Numbered from the stretch's first letter, positions 6,621-14,943 are shown. The stretch: DNA of 19,475 nt from an uncultured Bacilli bacterium (GCA_934097085.1 CAKONK010000018.1:1-19475); one strand, 5' to 3'. Notes: generated by a model from the letters alone, not told the origin. Numbers and translations are program-made.

Positions 6621-8476
6621 TATCTTTTACAAAATATATTATTTAAAAGCACTTGAAGTTCTTCTCTATTAATAGGTTTTGAAATATAGCCATCAAAGCC
6701 CTCTTTTAAATAAAACTCTTTCATACCTACCATTGCATTAGCAGTAAGAGCAATTACCGGAGGAATCTTAACACCCTCTAAATTTTTAAGCGTTTTTAAA
6801 GTTTGAATACCATCCATAAGAGGCATCATATGGTCTAAAAATATTAAATCGTATCTTGCTCCACCTTTAATTTTTTCAATAGCCTCTGCTCCACTTTGAA
6901 GGCAAGTAATATTAAATTTATAATCAGATAATATTCTTTGAGCAACTTTTAAATTTAAAATATTATCATCAACAATTAATATATCATATAGTGAACCATC
7001 AAAATGTACATTTGTGGTACTTACTTTAGTTTGCGTATTAACTTCTTCTTTTTCAATAGCATTAAAATCTATTTTCTGTGGAAGTACTACTGTAAATGTT
7101 GTTCCAACCTTATATTTTGAGGTAAATGATATTGTTCCTCCTAAAAGTTCTACTAACTTCTTTGTTATAACAAGACCAAGTCCAGTACCCTCAACTTCGT
7201 TATAATTTTCTTGATTATGAATTCTTGAAAATTTAACAAATAATTTATCATAATCACTTTCTTTAATACCAATTCCTGTATCTGCTACAGAAAATTTAAC
7301 TGTAGCCATATCGCCAACATTTTCACTAGTGATATTAAAATCTATATGGCCCTCATCTGTATACTTTGCAGCATTTGATAATATATTCATAAGTATTTGA
7401 TATATTTTAAGTTCATCACCTATCATAAATTTAGGTACATCCGAAGATATATTTATATTAAGTTTTACTTTATTTTGATCTAGTTTAGCGGTTATTACCG
7501 ATGAAAGCTGCATAATAATCTTACGCATTTCATAAGTAGTTTCTTTCTTTTCCTCTTTACCACTTTCAATTCTTGAAACATCCAAAATATTATTAATAAT
7601 TCCTAAAAGTGTTGAGGCTGCATCATAAATACTTTGAACTTCATTTTTTTGATTTATTGGCATATTCTCTGTAAGAAGACTTTCAGAAAAACCTATTATA
7701 GCATTCATTGGTGTTCTAATATCATGACTCATATTTGATAAAAAGTCTGTTTTTGCTTTTGAGGCTTCATTAGCCTCTTCTTTATCTTTTTCAAGTTCAT
7801 TTATTATCTTTAAATCTGGATTTTCCATTGTAAAGTAAATAAGTGCTATTACAAGTCCCATTATCGAGCTATTAATTGAAACACTTGGATTTACCCAACT
7901 AATAATTATACCTATAAGGCCCAAAAAAGCAAATAAGAAAACTATTATTTTTTTACTGAAATCAAGTTTTTCTTTTTTATAAATCATATATATTACCAAA
8001 AGTCCACTGTAAACGATATTAACTATATATGTAAAATATAAATCTCTACCATTTTGATAAGCAATTAATTTATCGCTATCAACAAAATAATTTGGTTTTA
8101 AATAAATACTTACTGCACATAATATTAAACTTATTATCATTAAAATTATATAAAAAGGATTACTTTTAAATAATTCTTTTAAAGTTTTAAATTCTTTTTT
8201 TAGGGAACTAATATAAATGATTAGCCAAGTGCTCCATATAATAGTGCTTACTAAAAATCCTTTACAAATAATCATATTTAATAGTTCATATTTATCTTGA
8301 AAAAATAATAAATAGTTTTTAACGCCATCAAATAAAATTACAATAAATGTTAAAATTGAAAATACCTCAAAGTTTTTATTTTCTAAACTTTTTTCTTTTC
8401 TTTTTTTAGTAAATACACTAAGTAGTAATAATAAATAACATATTGATAATATCTGAAGTAAACAAGATCTTATCAT
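6620..8476 (-). CDS. Membrane-bound hybrid sensor histidine kinase (multi-TM sensor + HisKA + HATPase_c + receiver)
   Basis: 618-aa ORF with about 6-7 hydrophobic segments in the first ~215 aa. H-box SHDIRTPMNAI, N-box NILSNAAKYT, G1 DTGIGI and G2 GTGLGL. The C-terminal REC domain has ILIVDDN ... DLIFLDHMMPLMDG ... ALTANA ... YISKP. The ATG overlaps the upstream TGA (ATGA). Confidence 0.9.
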   Translation of the reverse strand: MIRSCLLQILSICYLLLLLSVFTKKRKEKSLENKNFEVFSILTFIVILFDGVKNYLLFFQDKYELLNMIICKGFLVSTIIWSTWLIIYISSLKKEFKTLKELFKSNPFYIILMIISLILCAVSIYLKPNYFVDSDKLIAYQNGRDLYFTYIVNIVYSGLLVIYMIYKKEKLDFSKKIIVFLFAFLGLIGIIISWVNPSVSINSSIMGLVIALIYFTMENPDLKIINELEKDKEEANEASKAKTDFLSNMSHDIRTPMNAIIGFSESLLTENMPINQKNEVQSIYDAASTLLGIINNILDVSRIESGKEEKKETTYEMRKIIMQLSSVITAKLDQNKVKLNINISSDVPKFMIGDELKIYQILMNILSNAAKYTDEGHIDFNITSENVGDMATVKFSVADTGIGIKESDYDKLFVKFSRIHNQENYNEVEGTGLGLVITKKLVELLGGTISFTSKYKVGTTFTVVLPQKIDFNAIEKEEVNTQTKVSTTNVHFDGSLYDILIVDDNILNLKVAQRILSDYKFNITCLQSGAEAIEKIKGGARYDLIFLDHMMPLMDGIQTLKTLKNLEGVKIPPVIALTANAMVGMKEFYLKEGFDGYISKPINREELQVLLNNIFCKR

Positions 8477-9969
8477 TTAATATCACCAATTATTTTATTA
8501 AATATTTCAATACTTTCAGGACTATATTTAGTGCCATTTTTACTTACAATTAATTTAATCATATCTTCTTTAGAAACTTTTTTAATAATGCCTCTTGCAT
8601 ATTCATAAGCAATATTTACAAGATATACATATAAAGGTACTTCACCCTCTTTTAAAGATTTAGGAAATCCTTTACCATCATATCTTTCATTATGCATTAA
8701 ACAAATATTTCTAGCATATTCTTTAGTTTTTTCATCCAAGAAATTCATATTATTTAATACCATAACTGATTTATATGGATAAGAATATATTACCTTTTTT
8801 TCATCGTCATTTAAATTACTGAAACTATTAAAATATGATACTGGTGCAAGTTTTAAACCTACATCATAATACTTTGCAGCATTAATAATTATATCTTTGT
8901 TATCTGTAAGCATTAGGAAAAGCACTTCTGATACTTTTTGATATACACCGTTATTATCTATTAAGTAAGATTCTACATAATCATCTAAAATACTACTTAA
9001 ATCTTTATTTTGAGATTTAATAATTTCTGATAAATAATTATTTTTTGAATACATTCTTACCATATTATTTAATCTTTTATTAATAATTTCAAAGTTAAAT
9101 GGTTTTTCTATCATATCGGCTATTTCATAAGCATAGACCTTTTCTTTAGTATCTTTACTATCATCAGCAGAAACTATAACAACAGGCATTTTATTAAGTA
9201 GTCTTTTTTCATTTAGAAAGTCTAGTACGCCAAAGCCATCCATAACTGGCATTTTTAAATCTAAGAACATACCAACAATATTTTTTTCATTTGTTTTTAA
9301 ATTATTATTAATTATTTCTACAGCTTCTTCACCATTTTTCGCTTCGATTATGTTATACGAAGAAAATGCTTTTTTAAAAATACTTCTTGTTAAATCATCA
9401 TCATCAATTATCAAAAGGTATTCTGTAAAATTATTCATTTTACTTATAAGTTTTCCTTCATAATATTTATTAATCTCTGGATTTTTCTTAACTACATCAT
9501 ATAAAAGTGATGAAAAATAGTTATATAGATTATTAATTTCATTATTATCTCTTGAGATACTTTCTAAAGTATTTTCAATATTTAAAATTAAATCTGTTAT
9601 ATCACTACTTATATCATTTTTTTCTTCTTTTTTAGGTTTTTCCTCAGACTTAAAGGAAACAATAAATACTTTATTTCCCGGAAGTAATTTAACAAGAGCA
9701 GTATAATTATCATATATAAGTAAATTAGATAATTTTAGAAAGTTAATAGTTTTATAACCATCAAGTGGTAAATTATTAGCGCTTATTTCATTAAAATAAG
9801 TATTTGCATAATCGGGATGAAGACTTTTTTTACATCTTTCAAAGTAATCTTCATAACTAATACTTGATGGATTTTCTGTATATTTATCATATAAATAAAC
9901 TTTATCTTCGTTTAAATCTATTAAAGTTATATCAATGATATTAAATAAATCATTTATTAAATTATTCAT
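8473..9969 (-). CDS. Response regulator: unknown N-terminal domain (~180 aa) + receiver + degenerate HD-GYP-like domain
   Basis: 498-aa ORF. REC: LLIIDDDD ... MFLD237LKMPVMDG ... VIVSADD ... IEKP. C-terminus: AAKYYDVG in place of HDxGK, and MHNERYDGKGFP in place of HHExxDGxGYP. Confidence 0.8.
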   Translation of the reverse strand: MNNLINDLFNIIDITLIDLNEDKVYLYDKYTENPSSISYEDYFERCKKSLHPDYANTYFNEISANNLPLDGYKTINFLKLSNLLIYDNYTALVKLLPGNKVFIVSFKSEEKPKKEEKNDISSDITDLILNIENTLESISRDNNEINNLYNYFSSLLYDVVKKNPEINKYYEGKLISKMNNFTEYLLIIDDDDLTRSIFKKAFSSYNIIEAKNGEEAVEIINNNLKTNEKNIVGMFLDLKMPVMDGFGVLDFLNEKRLLNKMPVVIVSADDSKDTKEKVYAYEIADMIEKPFNFEIINKRLNNMVRMYSKNNYLSEIIKSQNKDLSSILDDYVESYLIDNNGVYQKVSEVLFLMLTDNKDIIINAAKYYDVGLKLAPVSYFNSFSNLNDDEKKVIYSYPYKSVMVLNNMNFLDEKTKEYARNICLMHNERYDGKGFPKSLKEGEVPLYVYLVNIAYEYARGIIKKVSKEDMIKLIVSKNGTKYSPESIEIFNKIIGDIK

Positions 9970-10333
9970 TGTTACCTCCGAAGAATGTATCTAATACTTT
10001 ATATAGTTCATTGGCCTTTACAAAAAGATTAGTAATATTTTGATTTATAAAATTAATATCACCATTTTTCGCAGCCATTTCGTGTTCATACGCCATATTA
10101 GCAAAATTCATTATTCCAAAAGTTTTACAATTACTTTTTAGAGCGTGAACTTTTACTCCATAGTTTTCAATATCTTTATTTTCATATAAAGTTCTTATCT
10201 CATTCATTTGATTAATAAAACCATTTTTAAACTCTAATAAAAGTTCTTTGTAAGATGTTTCATCGCCAATAAAAGATAATCCTAAATCTACATCAATTCC
10301 ATTATTTTTTAAATATTCTAAAGTATTATTCAT
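9962..10333 (-). CDS. Hpt (histidine phosphotransfer) domain protein
   Basis: Hpt motif VHALKSNCKTFG (H-x-x-K-[GS]). I prefer the ATG at 10331-10333 (MNNTLEYL...). The track start at 10375 has no RBS and lies in the A-run of the upstream hairpin. The stop overlaps the RR start (ATGAATAA). Confidence 0.7.
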   Translation of the reverse strand: MNNTLEYLKNNGIDVDLGLSFIGDETSYKELLLEFKNGFINQMNEIRTLYENKDIENYGVKVHALKSNCKTFGIMNFANMAYEHEMAAKNGDINFINQNITNLFVKANELYKVLDTFFGGNNE

Positions 10334-10402
10334 AAGTCCACTACCCTTTCCTAGTATACAATAATATTTTAGCATAAAAAAACACTATTTAAAATAGCAT
10401 TT

Positions 10403-10942
10403 TTATAAATTTACTTTAATATTTTCTCTTTTTTCACTTTCAATTTTAAATAAGTCTTTTTTCTCAAAGTTAAATATTTTAGCAATTATGTTTGATGGTA
10501 CACTTTCTACTGCATTATTGTATGATGTAACTGCATTATTATAACTTGTTCTTGCATAACTTAATTTATTTTCGATTTCATTTAAATTTCTTTGTAAACT
10601 TAAAAAGTCTGCATTTGCTTTTAAATCTGGGTAACTTTCTGCGATTGCCATAAGATTATTAATTTGTTTATCAATCTTCTCGGTTTCCTGTGTACTAAAG
10701 CCATTATTTTGATACTCACTTCTTAATTTAGTAACATTTTCTAAAGTTGATTTTTCGTGTTTAGCATAGCCTTTAACACAATTAACTATATTTGGTATTA
10801 AATCAAATCTTTGATTTAAAAGAACATCTATTTGAGACTCTCTTTCTTTAACTCTATTACCTTTCTTAACAAAACCATTATAGTATGATAGAATCATTCC
10901 TGATATAATTACAATAATTAATAAAATAATATTTAATAACAT
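10403..10942 (-). CDS. lemA: LemA family membrane protein
   Basis: 179 aa with an N-terminal TM segment. NQRFDLIPNIVNCVKGYAKHE and YNNAV repeats match the LemA family. GGAGG lies 7 nt upstream of the ATG. Confidence 0.8.
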   Translation of the reverse strand: MLLNIILLIIVIISGMILSYYNGFVKKGNRVKERESQIDVLLNQRFDLIPNIVNCVKGYAKHEKSTLENVTKLRSEYQNNGFSTQETEKIDKQINNLMAIAESYPDLKANADFLSLQRNLNEIENKLSYARTSYNNAVTSYNNAVESVPSNIIAKIFNFEKKDLFKIESEKRENIKVNL

Positions 10943-10954
10943 CTTACTTCCTCC

Positions 10955-11479
10955 TTACTTTGTCTCAATAGTTACTTTATTTACATAACCATTTTCATCA
11001 TAATCTACAGATATTTCATAATCTTGTAACTTGTAACCATTAAAACTTTTAAGCATACTTTTAATTTCTTTGATTTTATCTGGATCAGTTCCATAAGAAG
11101 TACCATCAAATATTACCTCGATTAAATGATCACTTGATTTTTTATTACTTTTGATTATTTCATCAACCTCAAGGCCAGTAGCAGTTCCACCTTTAGTTCC
11201 AGCATAAAATTCATGCATATTATTAAAGCTATCTTTTTCTCTTTCAAGTTCTTCTTCTTTCATTTTTTGTTCAATTTCCTCTTGTCTTTTTTTAGCTTCT
11301 TCCTCAGCCTGTTTTTGCTTATCTTTAATTTCTTGCTTTTCTTTATTAAATTCCTCTTTTATAGCATCTTTCTTAGCTTTAATCGATAAACCAACTCTAT
11401 AAGTAAGGGTTCCAAGTGATGCAATAAAAATTATAATTACAATATATAATATAAACTTTCTATCTTTTTTCTTTTCCAT
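10955..11479 (-). CDS. Membrane-anchored protein with a K/E-rich coiled coil and a small C-terminal domain (unknown function)
   Basis: 174-aa ORF with GGAGA RBS. TM segment FILYIVIIIFIASLGTL, then KEEFNKEKQEIKDKQKQAEEEAKKRQEEIEQKMKEEELEREK, then a ~85-aa C-terminal domain. It ends 12 nt before lemA. Confidence 0.6.
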   Translation of the reverse strand: MEKKKDRKFILYIVIIIFIASLGTLTYRVGLSIKAKKDAIKEEFNKEKQEIKDKQKQAEEEAKKRQEEIEQKMKEEELEREKDSFNNMHEFYAGTKGGTATGLEVDEIIKSNKKSSDHLIEVIFDGTSYGTDPDKIKEIKSMLKSFNGYKLQDYEISVDYDENGYVNKVTIETK

Positions 11480-11530
11480 TTTAATACTTCTCCTTTTTAA
11501 TTATATTTATAGTATATCAATTTTATTAAT

Positions 11531-11560
11531 AAAAAACTAGGTTTAAATTTCAAGCCTAGT
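11531..11560 (-). terminator. Rho-independent terminator of the 315-aa secreted-protein gene
   Basis: Minus-strand ACTAGG-13 nt-CCTAGT hairpin (11536-11560) followed by TTTTT (plus-strand A-run at 11531-11535). It starts 18 nt after the stop. Confidence 0.55.
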
Positions 11561-11578
11561 ATTTATTTAAATGATTTA

Positions 11579-12526
11579 TTAAGGTTCAGAAATAATTTGT
11601 GAATATTCTATGTTTGCCATAAATCTTTTAGAACCATTTTGAATTTGATTATGCATGTAATTTATTAAAGTAACTCTAGCCATATAATAATCATTAATTT
11701 TGCCAATAGCTTTGCTTGTAGTCATTTCTACATTATCCGCTAAATTAATTGTTCCTTGAGTATTTGTAATATCATATGTATTTTGAAGAACATAACACTT
11801 GTTATTTGATGCATTATAGTAATCAGCAACCCATCTATTTAAGCCATCACAATCTGCTTCAGAAGTTATACCATCAACAACTTGTCTATTAGGATCATAA
11901 CATTTACCAGTATTACAATTTTCTTGTGTTCTAGAATTATCAACTTTATAAAAATCTAATACTAATTCTGCATCTTTTCTAGTTTCCCAAATATATGTGT
12001 CACTAGCGGTACATGAGAACATATTATCTAAATAGCCATCACTTGATAATGTATTACCTTTGGCATAGCATTTTTCCTCTTTACCATCCGTCGCCCAAAT
12101 ATTTGCACCAGTACATTCTTCCTTAGAAACATCTACAGTCTCTCTTTTTTCATAACAAGTACCTGAGGTATATTCCATATCATTTTGTGTAATATTTAAA
12201 TCAATTTTATACTTTCTTGTTGATTCAGCTTCATTTCCAGTTGTAAAAGTAATACTTCCAAATGAATTATCACTTAAATCCTCCCCAGCAACAGCTTGAT
12301 CTTTACCAAAATTTTCAGTATTTGCTACTAACTCGATTGGCGTACCAGCATCAATTAAAAATAAATCGCTTGATACATTAGTCGTAACATTAATATTAGA
12401 ATTACCCTTTCCATCAACTTGACTTGCTAAGTAGGCAAATGTTGCTCCGATTACAACAACTAACATAGTTACTATTGCTATTACTGTAAGAAGAACTACA
12501 TTGCTTTTTTTTGAACTTTCATCCAT
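11579..12526 (-). CDS. Secreted/cell-surface protein with a SipW(TasA)-type signal peptide and a duplicated Cys-rich insert
   Basis: 315-aa ORF with GGGAG 9 nt upstream. N-terminus: KKSNVVLLTVIAIVTMLVVVIGATFAYLAS (G-x-TFAY[FL] motif). Eight Cys residues fall in two similar units. Confidence 0.75.
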   Translation of the reverse strand: MDESSKKSNVVLLTVIAIVTMLVVVIGATFAYLASQVDGKGNSNINVTTNVSSDLFLIDAGTPIELVANTENFGKDQAVAGEDLSDNSFGSITFTTGNEAESTRKYKIDLNITQNDMEYTSGTCYEKRETVDVSKEECTGANIWATDGKEEKCYAKGNTLSSDGYLDNMFSCTASDTYIWETRKDAELVLDFYKVDNSRTQENCNTGKCYDPNRQVVDGITSEADCDGLNRWVADYYNASNNKCYVLQNTYDITNTQGTINLADNVEMTTSKAIGKINDYYMARVTLINYMHNQIQNGSKRFMANIEYSQIISEP

Positions 12527-12556
12527 TTTTAAAATCTCCCTTCTATTATCAAAATA

Positions 12557-12585
12557 ATCATATAATATTTTTTTACTTTAGTCAA
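12557..12585 (-). promoter_or_regulatory. Promoter of the 315-aa secreted-protein gene
   Basis: Minus strand reads TTGACT (12580-12585), a 17-nt spacer, then TATGAT (12557-12562). Confidence 0.5.
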
Positions 12586-12660
12586 TAAATTAAAAATTAT
12601 TTTTTAAAAATTATACATTTTTTTTACTTTTTTTGATATGATTATAATGGAGATAAAAAT

Positions 12661-12993
12661 ATGATATTACAAATAAGTGATGATGAAAATATAAAAGTAA
12701 AAATAGCAAATAATTTTTTAAAGAAACTAATTGGTTTTATGGGTAAAAAAGATTTTGATTATGGAATAATATTTCCTAAAACAAATTCAATTCACACTTT
12801 TTTTATGAAAGAAAACATTGATGTAATTGGTTTTGATAATCATGGAATAATTATTTTTAAAGCAGTTAATGTAGAAAAGAATAAAGTTATAGTAATAAAA
12901 CAGCAATTAAAAAATACAAACATTTTAGAAATGCCTGCATTTAAATCAAAAAAATTAAAAATGTATGATAAATTAACCTTTATACGTAAATAA
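12661..12993 (+). CDS. DUF192 (COG1430) family protein
   Basis: 110 aa with GGAG 8 nt upstream. KIANNFLKKLIGFMGKKDF-YGIIFPKTNSIHTFFMKENIDVIGFD matches the DUF192 pattern (A--...-GLMgR ... G-lF ... IHTfgM-f-IDvvflD). Its 3' end overlaps the obg 3' end by 21 nt (convergent). Confidence 0.65.
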   Translation: MILQISDDENIKVKIANNFLKKLIGFMGKKDFDYGIIFPKTNSIHTFFMKENIDVIGFDNHGIIIFKAVNVEKNKVIVIKQQLKNTNILEMPAFKSKKLKMYDKLTFIRK

Positions 12994-14241
12994 ATAATCA
13001 TTTATTGCTACATCATCACCAGGTTTAGCACCCATTTTTTCTAAGGTTTCTTCAACTCCCATAGCACGAAGTATTCTACCAAAACGAAGAACTCCCTCTT
13101 CTTCAGTAAATTTAGTCATGTTAAATAACCTTTCAATTTCTTTACCTGTAACAACCCAAGTATCACCATCTTTAGTTATTTCATAAGGTTTATCTTTTTT
13201 AAATTTAATATAAACTTCATCCTCAAACTCATCTTTATCATAAGAAAATTCTTCTTCAGTTTTTAAAGTTTCATTTATCTTATTTAATAAATCATCAATA
13301 CCTTGATGCGTTATAGAGCTTATTTCAAATATATCTTTATCTGGATAAGCTTTTTTAAATTCTATTAAATTATCTTTACTATCAGGCATATCCATTTTTG
13401 AGGCAACAATTATTTCTTTTTTATTTGCAAGTTTTTTAGAGTATTTAGAAAGTTCTTCCCTAATTACTTTATAATCATTAATAGGATCATTACCCTCCAT
13501 TTTAGACATATTTACCATATGTACTAACACTTTACATCTATCAGCGTGACGAAGAAATCTGTCTCCTAAACCTACTCCTTCACTTGCTCCCTCGATTAAA
13601 CCTGGAAGGTCTGCTACTACAAAAGAATCACTACCTAATTTAACTACTCCTAAATTAGGTGATAAAGTAGTAAAATGATAACTTGCTATTTTAGGTTTAG
13701 CCGAAGATATTACACTTAAAAATGTTGATTTACCAACACTTGGCATACCTATAAGTCCTACATCCGCTAAAACTTTAAGTTCGCATCTTAAATATTTTAT
13801 TTCTCCTTGTTCACCATTTTCTGAAAACTTTGGAGCGGGATTTTCATGAGTAGCAAAGGCTTTATTACCTCTTCCACCTCTTCCACCGTGTGCTACTATA
13901 ACTGATTGATTGTCCTCAACTATATCACTAACAATAAGACCTGTATCATCATCATAAACTGTTGTTCCAAGAGGTACTTTAATAATGATATCTTCACTAT
14001 TTTTACCAAATTTATTGGAACCCATACCATTTTCGCCTTTTTTACCTTTAATAATTTTTTGAAATCTTAAATCTACTAAAGTTTTTAAAGATTTATCTCC
14101 AACAAAAACAATATTACTTCCTCTTCCACCATTTCCACCATCTGGTCCACCCATAGGTACAAATTTTTCTCTACGAAAGGAAGTACATCCCATACCTCCA
14201 TCACCAGCAATTAACTTAACTTTAACTTCATCAACAAACAT
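12973..14241 (-). CDS. obg: GTPase Obg/CgtA
   Basis: 422 aa. MFVDEVKVKLIAGDGGMGCTSFRREKFVPMGGPDGGNGGRGSNIVF is the Obg fold. G1 GMPSVGKST, G3 DLPGLIEGA, and a C-terminal OCT/TGS-like domain. Confidence 0.95.
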   Translation of the reverse strand: MFVDEVKVKLIAGDGGMGCTSFRREKFVPMGGPDGGNGGRGSNIVFVGDKSLKTLVDLRFQKIIKGKKGENGMGSNKFGKNSEDIIIKVPLGTTVYDDDTGLIVSDIVEDNQSVIVAHGGRGGRGNKAFATHENPAPKFSENGEQGEIKYLRCELKVLADVGLIGMPSVGKSTFLSVISSAKPKIASYHFTTLSPNLGVVKLGSDSFVVADLPGLIEGASEGVGLGDRFLRHADRCKVLVHMVNMSKMEGNDPINDYKVIREELSKYSKKLANKKEIIVASKMDMPDSKDNLIEFKKAYPDKDIFEISSITHQGIDDLLNKINETLKTEEEFSYDKDEFEDEVYIKFKKDKPYEITKDGDTWVVTGKEIERLFNMTKFTEEEGVLRFGRILRAMGVEETLEKMGAKPGDDVAINDYLFTYKG

Positions 14242-14242
14242 A

Positions 14243-14623
14243 TTATCTTCCCCTTAAACTTATATCTATTGTATCAAATTCCTTATAATTTGCATAGTAA
14301 GAAATCATTTCTACAATAATTTCTTTTAAAATACTATTACTTTCACTATACATATTATTTTCATTAAAGTACTTTTCCATACATCTTGCATAATTAATAT
14401 TATTTCTAATAGTCTTTTTCTTTTCAAAATCATATTTACTTAAATCATAAGAACAAAATAAAATACTTATATTATCAAATAAATCACTTAATACTTTATT
14501 TTTTTCTTCTTCATCAAGGTAATCAATAAATAATATTCCATCTGAAAAGTAATCACTAAAACTATTTATATTAATTCCCATTGGAAGTGGTAATACTTTT
14601 TCATCAATACTAATTAAATACAT
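14243..14623 (-). CDS. Hypothetical protein (126 aa) translationally coupled to obg
   Basis: Strong AAGGGAGG RBS 6 nt upstream of the ATG. The stop TAA lies 1 nt before the obg ATG. Acidic, with no His residues and no motif I recognise. Confidence 0.6.
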   Translation of the reverse strand: MYLISIDEKVLPLPMGININSFSDYFSDGILFIDYLDEEEKNKVLSDLFDNISILFCSYDLSKYDFEKKKTIRNNINYARCMEKYFNENNMYSESNSILKEIIVEMISYYANYKEFDTIDISLRGR

Positions 14624-14637
14624 AATAAACCTCCCTT

Positions 14638-14660
14638 AAAAAAAATGCCATTAAGGCATT
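14638..14660 (-). terminator. Rho-independent terminator/attenuator after rpmA
   Basis: Minus-strand AAUGCC-UUAAU-GGCAUU hairpin (14644-14660, overlapping the rpmA TAA) followed by U6. The RBS of the next gene starts directly after it. Confidence 0.6.
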
Positions 14661-14943
14661 ATTTTTCATAAACAGATACTTTTTTCTTATCTTTACCCAT
14701 TCTTTCATACTTAACAGTTCCACTAACTTTAGCAAATAAAGTATGATCTTTTCCCATTCCTACATTAGTTCCTGGATAAATTCTAGTTCCTCTTTGACGG
14801 TAAATAATACTTCCAGCATTACAAGTTTGTCCATCAGAAAGTTTAGCACCTAATCTACGACCTGCTGAATCACGATTGTTCTTAGTAGAACCTTGAGCCT
14901 TAACGTGAGCAAATCTTTGAATATTTAAACTTATATATAACAT
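14659..14943 (-). CDS. rpmA: 50S ribosomal protein L27 with a cleavable N-terminal extension
   Basis: 94 aa. [34 protein letters not shown]... The Firmicute-type propeptide ends in F, as in B. subtilis MLRLDLQFF/ASKKG. Confidence 0.95.
   Translation of the reverse strand: MLYISLNIQRFAHVKAQGSTKNNRDSAGRRLGAKLSDGQTCNAGSIIYRQRGTRIYPGTNVGMGKDHTLFAKVSGTVKYERMGKDKKKVSVYEK

Noticed and set aside
6472-6672. 66-aa plus-strand track ORF
   Set aside because: It is an alternative frame of rpmB (6420-6587). It runs through the bidirectional terminator into the kinase gene. The L28 frame has the clear family signature and the RBS.
6620-10333. Detocs-like defensive two-component system
   Set aside because: As I recall it, Detocs uses a cytoplasmic TPR-type kinase, a receiver-only buffer protein and a receiver-effector (for example PNP). 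This locus has a membrane sensor, a stand-alone Hpt and a degenerate HD-GYP. The resemblance is only that both have three genes.
10376-10397. Terminator between lemA and the Hpt gene
   Set aside because: The stem is only about 5 bp and AT-rich (CTATT/AATAG) before the U-run. That is too weak to call. The lemA pair and the phosphorelay may be co-transcribed.
12643-12648. TATAAT upstream of the DUF192 gene (and, similarly, TGtTATAAT at 5306-5314 upstream of the ASCH gene) as promoters
   Set aside because: The predicted transcription start would fall on or after the RBS, leaving essentially no leader. Possible, but I cannot support it from sequence alone.
14243-14623. Divergent Spo0B homolog
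   Set aside because: The position matches, but the protein has no His residue and is shorter (126 aa). It cannot be a His phosphotransferase.
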